Assembly: GCA_977016875.1 (NCBI GenBank)
Contig: CDRNST010000007.1
Coordinates: forward strand, 558,001-622,000
Direction of reading: 5' to 3'
Length of the DNA: 64,000 nt
From: Pavona decussata
Lineage: Eukaryota
The stretch's first letter is position 1. Each line of letters begins with the position of its first letter. Below the pieces are notes generated by a model. The model saw only the letters and a program-made list of their open reading frames with translations. It had not been told where the DNA came from and searched no databases. The position numbers were made by a program, and so were the translations under genes. Below, piece by piece: positions 13,201 to 25,500 of the stretch.

Positions 13201-14282
13201 AACGGATGGTGAAAACGACAATTTTCTGACATCATAGAATATGATGATGTCACAGTTATAGCGGATTCAAGACGACGTGTGAAGGTTGCATCATTTGTTA
13301 GAAGAGTGACATTAAAGACAGTAATCACTTCACTATGTACAGAAACTACGTCTAAGCTTCACTGGTGTGTCCATGCTAAAACCGCGTAATTTTGGACTCG
13401 TGGGTAGTGAAGTAAAGAAAAGCAAAACAAAAATCGTCGGCCACCGGGTGGGGGAAAGTACTCCGTACCGCGAGGTATACAGGACGGCACGAACGGAATA
13501 GGTGTCTTACTCAACCTCAGTAAAACTGTATGCGACAGGGTGGCACAATATTTAAAATTTCATTTTTATTTTTTTACTGAAAGGATCACAAGAATAAACC
13601 GGGAGCTGAAAAGTTAGCAATTTAATGGTGGCGAAAACTGAGCAGAAATTCCTGACAGCTCTTACGTACAAGCGCAAAGATGTTGAGGATATTCCTCTAT
13701 CTTTGCGAAATCTTTGAGGTATAGGAACTGGTGTTAAGACGGGAGTACATTCCTTTCTTGTTTTATGTGTGTGAAAGAGTTCCAATCCTGGTAAATGTTG
13801 GCGCGTGGGTAGGTTCGGAGATTGAAACTCTGGGCGGAGCCTTTCTGTATGGAAGCTTATCCATAAACATTCCGCACCAGATAAAAGCGCTCGAAACATG
13901 ACATGAATTCCTATCTTTATTTTTTGGTGAAGGTTGTTTATTCAGGTATGGGCTTAAAACAGAAGCATTGGTTTAACGTCAAATTACTGTCATATTATGA
14001 AAAACAAACTAATATCAAATGTATAGAAAAGGTGCTCAGTTCCAGAACTGTTACCAAGGTAACTGATCTTAATCTTTCCCCTACACAAGCCACACTTCAG
14101 ACTTAATTGATACAAGTTAATACAAGTAACACTTTTAAAACAGCTTAATGCGGGATCCGATTGGTACAGGAAATAAATTTAACCAATGCTCTTGGAAATA
14201 GGAAATGCAGGTTTAATTTCACAAAGGTATACCCACAGTGCAAAAGGATATCAATTGATGCTGATGACTAAAATCCATATAT

Positions 14283-14421
14283 CTTATGAGATGTTTTGGT
14301 GTATAGTATCGCTGTATGTTTTACTAATTTTTACGTATTTTGACGAGCCTAAAGGGTGAGTCAAAAGACAAACAACTAGTGAAAATACACAGCGATAATA
14401 TGCACCAAACCATCTAATAAG
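14283..14421. repeat. ~140-bp imperfect palindrome (MITE-like)
   Basis: cttatgagatgttttggtgtatagtatcgctgt mirrors acagcgataatatgcaccaaaccatctaataag. Confidence 0.55.
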
Positions 14422-15133
14422 TGATCTATAATAAAACTTTTAAAAAAGGTTTACTGATTAGAAGAGAAGAAAACAACGAGGGCAACCTAGAGCCTGAAAT
14501 GGGCTCGCGCGCCTAAGAAAACCAGCTTTTAACTGTACGAATAACCACCAAACTGCATGCTTTTCTGCAGTACAAAAATCTTACAGGAGGAACATCTCGT
14601 CTTGTTCAGTTGTACTCGTTTTGCTCGATAATCAAACAGCACAAAGTGCAATTGGATAATGGCTCATATACCATGGCCGCAAAGCCAATTAATTCATTGG
14701 AATTGCATCATTTATACAATGATCCATGTTATTTTTAGTACAAGCAGAATTTATAACTGTCTATATACATTTGATGACAATACAGGACATACTTAACAGA
14801 TAGATAACGGGGTTAGTTTCCAAAGAAACTGTGGTACTAGTCGTCAGTGGGAGCGCAAACGAATGTTTGGTTTCATCAAGAGCATTGATAAAATTTGACC
14901 CCAGAAACGAGATTCGAATCTTTGAATCTCTTACCGCTTTTGATAAATCACTCGATTACACTTGATAGAGGCTACATTGCCTAACACAACAGATTAACTT
15001 ACACAGCTGGGAGGCTACATTTTGCGTTAATTAAACAGTTTACTTCGGCACTTAAATACACTTAAGAATACCTTTTAATCAACACAGTGTGTTTAGCCGT
15101 ATAGGTATCATGCTAAAGCCCTTTCTTTGAAAG

Positions 15134-18100
15134 TCAAATGTACCAACCGTAAACATCAACGCAGCTCCAGCCGTAGTTGTTGGACTCACTGCAATCAGCC
15201 AGGTCCTGTCCATACCAAATCCAAAACTCCTGATTCGAGGAAACTGCCAACGGAACTGAGCTCGTATTAAAGATAAGTTCGGGAGAACTGTCGTTGAATC
15301 CATCAAGTCTGTATGTTAAGTCGATGCCACATATCCCGGTGTCAAACAAACCCATCTGGGTTGAATTTCTTCTCGGCAAAAGGACAGTACGGCTATTGGC
15401 GTACGAAATAAGTGTCATCAATGTCTTGTTAGCATAAATGGGGACTTCACAGCCCCAGTATGAATTTGTGCTAGACGAGTGGCATACCAATAAACCATAG
15501 CTGTGAACAAGTCTCAAGGCTCCAATATGTCCAGGCTGTGTTATGTTGAAGGAGCCGAAAGAATCATCTCTGGCTCCAAAACAAACAGGATTGGTGTTGA
15601 TCTTGTGCCAGATCACTACATAAAAAAGACACGACCAATAAAATGTATTCTAGATTAGTAACAAAAGTTGAATTACAAATTAGCAGCAAGGGGTTGTATA
15701 CGAATGCGAGGTTTAGCCTTTTTCGTGGGGCTATTTGTTAATTTAACTCTTGTCTTCAGGAGTAATTTGCGGAGATATCGTACGACTACGGCTAACCGCA
15801 GCCTGTATTTTAAAGTTTGGAGTCTGGCGCTAGAGGATACCGTAAACTGCCTCTTATAAGCCCTATAGGCTTATACAACTTCGTAAGGGGTTTTAGAAAA
15901 GCTTAGAAACGGAGAGGCTTATATATTTGGGCGGTTAATAACCGGAATGAAAAAAAACCGTTTCGAAACGAGCTGTATATAGCCGGTGTTGATCGAAATA
16001 CGTTTTTCATTTACTGTTTTTGAAATTAAGCTTTAAAACGTCAATAATTGAAACAAAATTAAAACTGATAACACGAACGAAACTAGAGGGGGGGGGGGGG
16101 GGGGCTTATATCCGGGGGAGCTTATAATCGGATGTATTTTTGGTTTACAGGTAAATGGGCCTATAACTGGGGGGAGGGGGGGGGGGGGGGCTTTTAAGAG
16201 GCGCTTTACGGGTATTACAACTTGTGTATTTAGATTGAAGTAAACAAGTACAAAGAGCAGAGGGTCGCCATGTTGAATGTCCTCCGTACTCAGCGTTAGT
16301 GTTTCAGCGGGCAGAAAAATTTAAAATTATTGCCTTTTAAATGTTTCACTTTGCATGAAATGAGAGAAAAATAGTTGTTTTGTATAACTACAACATGCAA
16401 ACGTGGCATTACGACGGATCTCAGGCCACGCAAACCCGAGGTAAATGACTTACGTGGAAACCTTTCCTCTATCGTTGAAAACGTCAAGAAATAACCTCGA
16501 GCGCGACGGTATGTGAGTGTTAGTGACATGACAACTAGCGGTTTTGCGGTTAACCGTAAACGTGTTTCTAAAGATCCCTTCGAAGCAGATCATTAAGAAA
16601 AAGCGTCGGGAAAGGTTTTAACGAGACCCCGTGAAATTAAAACTCTAAAACAGTATGTTATGTCGATCACTTGATTCACGCCACATTCTATTAAATCTCC
16701 GTCCATAGTCGATAAAGATGTACGTATGTTCACTTTAATTGCATGTTATCTTGTAACTGTATATAGAGGGCCTTCACATAAACAACCAACTGTAAAATTT
16801 TAAGTGGCCCATGGGAAAGAAGATTAACTGAGCAGTAAGAGTTGGTCCTTACATTGATCACAGGCATGTCCTGTGTAGCCCTTTTGGCATTGGCAACGGT
16901 ATTCTTGATCTGTAAATCCATTCTGGCATTTACCATTTCGTGAGCATGGCAACAAAGAACACGGATTCCACTGAAAAGGAAAACAAAAATAACTAAGACT
17001 TGGCGTTAAAGAGATATGTCCAGATAAGTACGCTGATGGAATCCCTATTAACTTTAATTCTTACTAATTAAGATAATTCTGTCCTCAAGTAATATGAAAA
17101 AGGAACAAGAAGATTTGTCTTAAGACTTGGTATTAAGCCTCAGATTTGTATTCGTTACAGACGTTAATTAGAACTTTCCCACCTGCAGCATCTTTTGAAG
17201 GAGACAGGAACTCTGGAAATACGTGAAATAGTAAAAAATGAAGTAATCTTTATGCCAAAACCAGTAGGCTTAATCTCGTGAAGAATGGAAGTCAAAAACA
17301 AAATAAATCTCACTCCAGGAGCAGAAAGAGAAGAAGAGAGACTTTGGAGTTAGACTCAACGTTGCGAAAATCGCCATGGTTGTCAATTACAGCCCATCAC
17401 ACTGAAGTATCTATAAGCTACACGTTTAAGCCTGGTTTACACGTACGACGCAAGCATAAGCATAAGCGCAAGCATAGTCACAAGGATGTTTACACGCGCG
17501 ATAAGCATAATGTGACATAAGCAAGCGCAGAAGCATAAAAAATGTGGCAGAATCGCGCCGCTGGACTGCTTTTTGGCGCGAGATTTGATTCCAACATGAC
17601 GGACTAGAATGTACGCTGACAACTTGTCACTGTTTTTCATGTAAATGACTTACGTGGAAAACTTTCAATTCCTCTATCGTTGAAAACGTCAAGAAGTAAC
17701 CTCGAGCGCGACGGTATGTAAGTGCTAGTGACATGACAACCAGCAGTTTTGCGGTTAATCGTAAACGTGTTTAATTTCTAAAGATCTCTTCAAAGCACAT
17801 CATTAAGAAAAAGCGTTTTTCAGTTTCCTTTCCTCGTGCTTGTGCTCATGCTTGCGTCGTCCCGGTTTACAAGCACAAGCACAAGAGAATGGAAATCGTG
17901 CCATTCTCTTGCGCTTGTGCTTATGCTTGCGTCGTTGCGTCGTACGTGTAAACCGGGGACGACGCAAGCATAAGCACAAGCGCAAGCACAAGGCGGTTAT
18001 GCTTGCGTCACACTGGTTTACACGTAGATTTCTTGTGCCTCTGCTTTAAGGCTTTGAACAGGCTGTTCTACCCTGCATAAAACCTGAACAATCAAGATGA

Positions 18101-20231
18101 ACATTACTTTGGTTGTACAATACAGGAAACCCTGACTTGGCTGAAGATCTTCAGGGTGTTCTCTGTCATCTGAATTGCTCAACTCGCAGAGGTACTTGTT
18201 TTGTAGTAGGGGACCGAGGTTATAAGAGAAGCAGTCATTTTCCAGGTAGCAGTTCAACCGACAGTTCTCTTGAAACGTCACCAAAAGTTTCTTAAAAACG
18301 TGTCCCCTCAGTGCATGACCGTATAGTGGCTCTGTGAACTCGAGTGTTCTGCACAAATCTGTCAAAATACAAGCAAGTGACTAATAAGCCACAGGACAAT
18401 TTGCAAATGGTCCCAAGCCACGCTTGCAAAACGAGGCTCTCAGCAAGGCAGTTCGGTTTCAATAAAATTGAAGTAAATGTTTACGCCGGGTATTAAAAGT
18501 AGAAGACAAATTGACTGTTCTACTCTCAGAACGTGCTTTAGTGACTGCGTTACGGAGAGAAGACCACGATTCACGTCCTCTTTGTGTAGCTGGCGGGATG
18601 TTGGGCGAAGGCGAAGTTTGAACGACGGAGCCGTTAGAACGAAGAGTGAAGCCACGACGGGAATTTTTATCCTGGTAACTCTCTTGATGTCAACTTGTCA
18701 ACTTTATCCCTTGAAATCACTATTTTTTTTTCTTTACTACATGATGAATCAGAAGTAATCATGCATTTTTAAAGCTACTTTCAATTCATTAGCATTCGTG
18801 TTTGGCAAGCAAGCGATATATCATCAACTGCTACTAAGCTTTGTGGTAATCATATGATTTAGAGTGCAATTAAAAAATGAATATAGTCTGTCTGCCACTC
18901 AGACTACGTAAATGCTATACATTGAAACTAATCGAGTAATTCAGTCTGATCAACTTTTTCAACAACCTAATTTTTTTTCACCACGTCGTTAGCTATAAGA
19001 ACATTAATTACTCTTTTGAACCACCTCGTTGATTCATGTAGCCAGGATTTTCTTTAATTCTTCGTTCTAGGCTCTAATAAAATCACCTCTTCCCCTTGCA
19101 GTTAACTTAACACTGACTTAAGGCTTTCACTGGGCAAGAAGAAATATTTAAATTTGTAGTTAAGTGGACCGAAAATTGTAATTGTCCAGAGCTGCATAAC
19201 CTAATTTTCCTTGAACCTATTCAGAATAGTTCATTAGACATTTATATTTTAGCTGTTATTATTTTGTCTTTGTTTTAAAAGCAACCATTTCCGCTCGTAA
19301 GGTATCATTTCATCGAAATAACGGTAAACTCGATTGATGACAGATTGTCGTGAGTCATGATTGCTCGTGTGTAAAAAAAAATCTCCAAAGGGGCACTTCG
19401 CACTCAAAACTTTGACAGCTGCTCTCTTCGTATGGCATATATTACCCTCGTCTCAGCATATTTGGGATGAAATGACTGAAATTATATCGACATTTTCATT
19501 TTTCATCTAACACGAGACCTCCACGATCGCATTAATCTCGTTCGCCTTCAATTTAACCTTCTACTTCGTGTTAATACTCTTTAGGGTAAATTAAGTTTCC
19601 TCTTGTTCTCCTGAATCTAAGCCGTGTTAATTCCTTAATCAACACGAGTGTTAATTTCCTATAACAGGGTCCTTTCATGAAAGCTCGTTGGGATTTGCTC
19701 TCCAGCAATAAATTCTCCGGCCTGGCCCGGCCATACCTGCATACTTTTCCTGATCCTCTTCCGATAAGGTGTTGTGTTTATAGCACAAAAAATGTATCAT
19801 TTCGTTTTTTTTTTTATTTGATGGAATTGCTCACACTCGAGAACGCAATCATGAGCGGCAGCAAATATCGCTTTCAAAATTCTTTAAAGAGATCGGACCG
19901 AACATTAAAACTATACGTGCGTATGATGAACGTACATCCAGCCTTGTTCATTTTTCTTCTATATTCTTCTCGTAAAAACAAGGCCTCACAAACTTTACGT
20001 TAGGTTGTTTACCTTGTCAAATGAATCATTTGACACTGACCAAAAAAACCAAAACAAAAAACCTTAAAAAGTCGTCTTATATTGAGAATATTCCTGACCA
20101 TAATTTCAATATATTTCGATCTATAGAGCAGGTTATTGCTTACCTTCTTGACCGTAACTGACTTCAAGAAACTGAGCCCCGAAGATCACGAACGAAAGCA
20201 TCGCTTTCCAATGCACTTGTCTCAGATCCAT
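15134..20231 (-). CDS. Gene A: secreted PAN/Apple-EGF protein with an uncharacterised C-terminal 'PVCFGA/WYGQDL' domain. Exons 20231-20144, 18358-18108, 16970-16853, 15615-15134
   Basis: Exon 1 MDLRQVHWKAMLSFVIFGAQFLEVSYGQE is signal-like. Exon 2 is PAN/Apple (CRTLEF..GHALRGHV..CRLNCYLENDCFSYN..CELSNSD). Exon 3 is EGF (NPCSLLPCSRNGKCQNGFTDQEYRCQCQKGYTGHAC). Exon 4 runs WHKINTNPVCFGARDD...WYGQDLADCSESNNYGWSCVDVYGWYI*. All introns are GT-AG with consistent phases 1, 0, 1. Confidence 0.88.
15838..16214. mobile_element. MITE with TACCGTAAA termini and internal GGGCTTATA repeats, in gene A intron 3
   Basis: Ends taccgtaaa / tttacgggta, with repeated ggcttata motifs and poly-G tracts. Confidence 0.6.
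17427..18052. mobile_element. Non-autonomous DNA element with GCATAA/GCACAA repeats, in gene A intron 2
   Basis: ggtttacacgtacgacgcaa versus ttgcgtcgtacgtgtaaacc, plus hexamer repeats. Its internal 17641-17817 segment is also present at 16441-16607. Confidence 0.6.
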
Positions 20232-20633
20232 CGATATGAGAATTCGTTTTTTTTTCTCTTTGTATTAAGTATATACTTTTTTGTCCCTAGCTAGGTCAAC
20301 GCGGAGATGTTTCCTGAGCACGTTCACATCAATACTGATTTCCTTTTGCCATCCTTATGTACTAGCACCTTGAAATATAAACTGTCTTAATAATTGCAAT
20401 TGAACTGGTTTTTCAGTGAACTTAGAAACTTCGGTAATCAATTATTTACAAAGTAAATTTTCAATTAACAGAAGTTTGACGGGTTTCATCAAGTTGCAAA
20501 TGCGTCAATTGATTCAACGCTTCGTAGGGAGCATTTTGTGCTGATCTACTGTTAATTAAAAACTTGTCACATCAGATTAACTGATTATTTGCATATGAAT
20601 ATTGAAGGCAGAGAAGTGGAAGATTACGTTTAA

Positions 20634-21038
20634 GGGGGAGTTACACCTGAACGCCATTTTTCCGCCACTTGACATGGCTTTAATGGAAATATCTCGTTCG
20701 CGTTTCAAGCAATCCAAAAAATTCATCATATCGTGAATTCGTGTTGTGGGGTATTTTGTGAATTTTTGAGTGATTTTTGGGTATATTTGGGAAGAGAAGT
20801 TTTTCTCGAAAGATCGGTAAAATTAAGAGAAGTAAGAAATATTGAAGATTTAGTGAAGTTTTAAAATTGGAATTTGTAGTTAATAATTAATAGACGGATA
20901 CCAAGTTAGTCCACTAGCAAACCAGGGTGCTCTTGCGTGGGTATCAACTGTCTGTTAGTGTTCCATAAATCATTTTCTTTCCTCTATCCCTTCTTAAAAC
21001 CTCTTCAAATTTCATTCAAATTAAGGTGTATTGCCCCC
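20634..21038. mobile_element. TTAA-flanked MITE (Kolobok-like) ~400 bp upstream of the gene A start
   Basis: ttaa|gggggagttacacct ... aggtgtattgccccc|ttaa. Confidence 0.65.
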
Positions 21039-21580
21039 TTAATAGAGCAGAAATCTGAAAGCTATAATAAAACTCTGACCGTGCCTGCACAAGAAAAAAC
21101 TGAAAAGATAACTCAAATAAATAGATAGTTTAAAGCAAAAAGAAATACAATTAGTCAGCCCGTCCAAACTAATGATGATGATTTTCTTGGCGAACTCATG
21201 GAGAGTTGATTGTATAAAAATAAAATATCAATACGAACTTTATTGGGTAAAAACACAATTACTGGTACACCAATTAGTTTACATTGTGTAAGAAAAAAAT
21301 TAGAAGAAAAATTATAATTAAACAATCTTAACAAGAAAAAAAAGGAGCAATTAAAAAGTTCCAGTGATACTGAAATGTTCGAGGTTTAAGATTTTGAGAG
21401 TGTGATTAATTCGGCTTCCGAACCTGAAACTCGTTTGTGACGAAAGTAGAAAAACATGCCGGAAGGCAGGGAAAGGAGGTAATCCTCGAAATGTTCGGTG
21501 TGCGACTCATTTCTCCAAAATCTGAACCTATTTTTAGACGAAAATATATAATTTTCCAGGACCCTTATTCATTGAGACCC

Positions 21581-21896
21581 GGGGTGCTTACTATATGAAG
21601 GAAAAATCCGGTAGGTGTAAACGTTGCATAATGGTAAGGGATTTTCCCGAATTCGACCGACCAACCGGATGAGATTGCGCTTATCATCTTCGTCTCGCTC
21701 TAGCCGGTAAAGGCCTGAAAACGGAGGATTCATTCAAATGGTAAGGAATTTCCGCCATTCCTTTCCGAATGGAAAAAGGGGAGTTCCTCTGAAGGTACTC
21801 CACAATTTCCGAACGGAATGCCCTGAAAATTACCTTCAGTTACCATTTGACTTCAAACCGAAATTTCCACATTTTTTGGCCAAATGGTAGCACCCC
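21581..21896. mobile_element. MITE nested in an older interspersed repeat (~21470-22100; relative at ~220-483)
   Basis: Ends ggggtgct...agcacccc. The flanking repeat has recurring ttttcagac motifs, as does 220-483. Confidence 0.55.
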
Positions 21897-22516
21897 TGGC
21901 CTCTGAAATCCATACACATTTTCAGACATGGTTTCTAGAATCCATACTTGTTTTTATAAAACCCGTACCCGTTTTCAGACATTTAGACCAAATTTTATTA
22001 AGAGGTTTAAATTCTGTATCCTGCTTTAGACCAAAACGGCTCAAAAACCATACCCTTTGGAGCCACATATATATATATATATGCAAGATATGTTAGGCTA
22101 ATGAAGAATTTTTTGAATTAAGAAGAAATCGAGACTTTGGCTTAAGTCGGTACTTTTAAAAATCATTTAACGTGACAACGAAAAGCACGTACATAGAAGT
22201 CTTTCATTTACAGTAAAGTTGCCCAAGCATGGAGTTTCCTCAAGATCATAGATATATTTTACGCAGTGAACAGGATGACTGCCCGTATAGTACACTGATT
22301 GTTAACTATCTATTGCCAACCGAAATTTAAGCAAAAAAGTGTTAATTAAAAATTACATCAGTGTAAATTGCAAATGCATGACAGAATTGTTGTAACCTCT
22401 TTCGATCTAGATCTCTAAGTAAATTGCCATGGTTAAATTCGACCAAACAATGCCATATAAAATTTGCAATATGTTTCAGTTTCAAACGTGATGATGACTA
22501 GTCGTTAGACGTAGGT

Positions 22517-25500
22517 CTAACGCCGGTACCAGGCAAAAACATCAACACACGTTTGTCCAGCGTTGTTGTCCTCGCTGCAATCCATCAAGTCTTGACCGTA
22601 CCAAATGCGAAACTCTTGACCAACTTTGACGGGAATAGGGGAGGGGAGTTTCTTGAAAGTAAGCTCGGAAGAATAGGCGTGCACTCCATTCAGGTGATAC
22701 GAATAATATCGACACGATCCCCCATTCCTTAAGTATTCAGCAACGGAAAGAACAGTCTTGTTAGAATACGTTATAACAGTTAATAGTTGGTTTTCACCAT
22801 AAGATGGATGCGCACAACCCCAATATGTCCCTGGGTGAGTGGGTATACATGCCAAGGTACCATTTCTGTGAACTAGCTTAAAGGTGTGGATGAGCCCATT
22901 TTCCAGGATGCAGAAAGCCCCGTATGTATCATCACGTGCTCCAAAGCAAACGGGATTGGTATTAATCTTCTGCCATTTTTCTGCAGTGAAAAATAAAGCA
23001 AATAAAAGTACTCAGTTATATGCTGATGTTTGTGCGTTGTTTTAATGTGGTAACTATTAATTTGTTGATTCTTTAAACTATGTTCTATGTTTTGAGCAAG
23101 GAATCATTAGATAATACGGTGGCCCATACCTGCCACGGCAAAACTTTCTTTTCCACGGCAAAACTTACTTTTCCACGGCAAAACTTTCTTTTCTACGGCA
23201 AAACTTACTTTTCCACGGCAAAACTTCATAAAGGGACTGGGACGGGATCTGTTTATAAACAGAATCAAGATGGAGACGGCTTATAGTGACAACGAAAACG
23301 GGGTTGAAGATAATACGGAAGAGGTTCTCATAAAATACTATTTTTATCGTGGTTATCAATACAAAGACATCTTAGACTTACTGGCAACCTACAACAACAT
23401 TGAAATAAGTGAACGGACTTTACACAGACGACTACGGATGTATGGACTGTCCAGGAGAAACCCCGAATATGATGTTGACACCATAATTCTCGAAATTGAA
23501 GGTATGTTAGATGGTCCTGATTGTATTGCCGGTTACAGGCATGTATAGCATAGCCTCCAGTTTAAGGGATATCAAGTTCCACGACAAGTGGTGGAGCTCT
23601 TACTTCGGAAATTGGATCCAGACGGCTGCCAAATAAAAAAAAGACATCAATTGAAAAGACGTCAGTATCATAACCCAGGTCCAAACGCCGTCTGGCACGC
23701 CGATGGATATGACAAACTTAAACCCTATGGTTTTCCAGTTCATGGTTGTATTGACGGCTGGAGTAGAAAATTGTTATGGCTGGTAGTAGTAGCACCTGTA
23801 TCAATACCAGCCTCACCATTGAAATGCACTTACAATACACTTGCCATAATGCAATTGTTCTTGAAAAGGGTGCACAGCGACGTGAAACAAGAAAAAATTC
23901 TTGCATGCGATCAACTTTTTCTGACAAGATTTTTACAATTTGGCTTGAATCTGTCACAACAGTGGTAGAACAGTTAGTGATTTCCTATAAACTCTCACTG
24001 GTGTTTTCCCATTGTTGGAGCATCTCTGGTAACTGGGATTCTTCTAAAATCTGCTGTTCTGCTGATTGAATGTTTGAGCATGAATGATCCAATTCTTGAC
24101 CACTAGTACTTGGTGAATCGCAGCTTAAGGGTGGAGTGCCATTCTTGTCAACAGAGCTTCTTGAAGGAGTAAAGACTGATGCTGACTCAAAGTCATTTGC
24201 TGAAGAACTTTCTGGCACATTGATTGGCTTGGAAAAGCTCAGTTCTGAGTTGGTGGGATTGTTGTCTTCAGACATTTCAAAGTCAGCTGTTGTGCATAGG
24301 TACATTGTTATCCTCTTATAATCTTTACCAAGTTCAGTCTTGTATTTTTCAAGTTCAAAATCGTCTTCCTGTCCTGGTAAATAGCCAGCATGGCTACCAT
24401 CTTCAAACAACAACATATAGTCTTCCTCAGGATCAAACTTCCTGTCAAATGCAGCCCACTTTTCCATTCCTTTAATTAGTATCCTTGCATAACCAGCAGA
24501 CTTCGTCACTTGAACAGGCAAACGCTTCCCCCAAATTGGTTTCAAGTCATTTCCACAATTTCTCATTTGCCCAACGTTTATTGCCACAACTTCATCAGGA
24601 TTAACCTTAACTTTCTTTTTTGGGCGAAATTTTGAACCGGATTGTTGCTGTTTATTCTTACAAGCCATGTAATCCTCAAATGACTTCGTTTTTGGCTTTT
24701 CTTGAAGTAGTACAGGCTTTCCAAACGACGTTTTGGGACTATTAGGGCCTGCTTCTTGACCAGACAAAGGACACTGAGATGGCGAACCACATTTCCAGCA
24801 GATAAGATAGGCCTACAAACCGAATTAAACAGTCTAAAAGGTAGAAATAGGGGCTAAACTTTAGAAAACCCGTCCACTGAAAAATAACTCATTACATACT
24901 GCTACGTTTTCATATACTTACACGAAATCTTCTTCCTGATCCGCCATGTTGGATCCGCAGGAGTGCAGTCAGAAGTTCCCGGATCTAAAATAGCGGGAAA
25001 CTGCAGACAGAGAGAGACTGGATTCCGGAAGTGAGGAAAAGAAAGTTTTGCCGTGGGAAAGTAAGTTTTGCCGTGGAAAAGAAAGTTTTGCCGTGGAAAA
25101 GTAAGTTTTGCCGAGGCAGGTATGGGCCACCGTAAGATAAGGAAGCTCACAACGGTTAATTTCCAGTAATTCCCTTCACTTATAATTTAATAAATCATTG
25201 CTATCACTCTCTTTCAGTGAATATTAAAATAATGGTATAAAACAAATGTCTCAATTTTAGTAAAGGGCACTTTTTTCTACTTATAGGTTACCATAGCAAC
25301 ATCACAGCCCTGCCTTAAATTTAGGATTAACGAACACCTTTCATAATAATTCAGATTTAGTGGAAAAATAATTAAAATGACCTGGGTGAATCCTATTTCT
25401 TTAATATCAAATGGTAATCAGCATGTTAAGAAACAATTTGTGCGATGTTTAGCAAACATTGTACCCAAAATGCAACTCGTTATATTGTTGTTATAGTAAC

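Larger units (their letters stand above)
23115..25134. mobile_element. IS3EU-type DNA transposon, internally deleted, in gene B intron
   Basis: TIR tacggtggcccatacctgcc / ggcaggtatgggccaccgta and a 6-bp TSD AGATAA (23109-14, 25135-40). Subterminal 20-bp tandem repeats (ccacggcaaaactt..). Two convergent ORFs. Confidence 0.88.

Noticed and set aside
13552-13899. 115-aa ORF between ILP2 and gene A
   Set aside because: No recognisable motif, no paralog and no supporting splice structure.
17278-18049. His/Lys-rich (KHKHK) and Cys/Leu-rich ORFs
   Set aside because: Products of GCATAA/GCACAA hexamer repeats inside a non-autonomous TE.
23133-23226. CRISPR-like short repeat array
   Set aside because: The 20-bp units abut with no unique spacers, mirror the array at the other TIR, and lie in eukaryotic DNA. 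They are transposon subterminal repeats.
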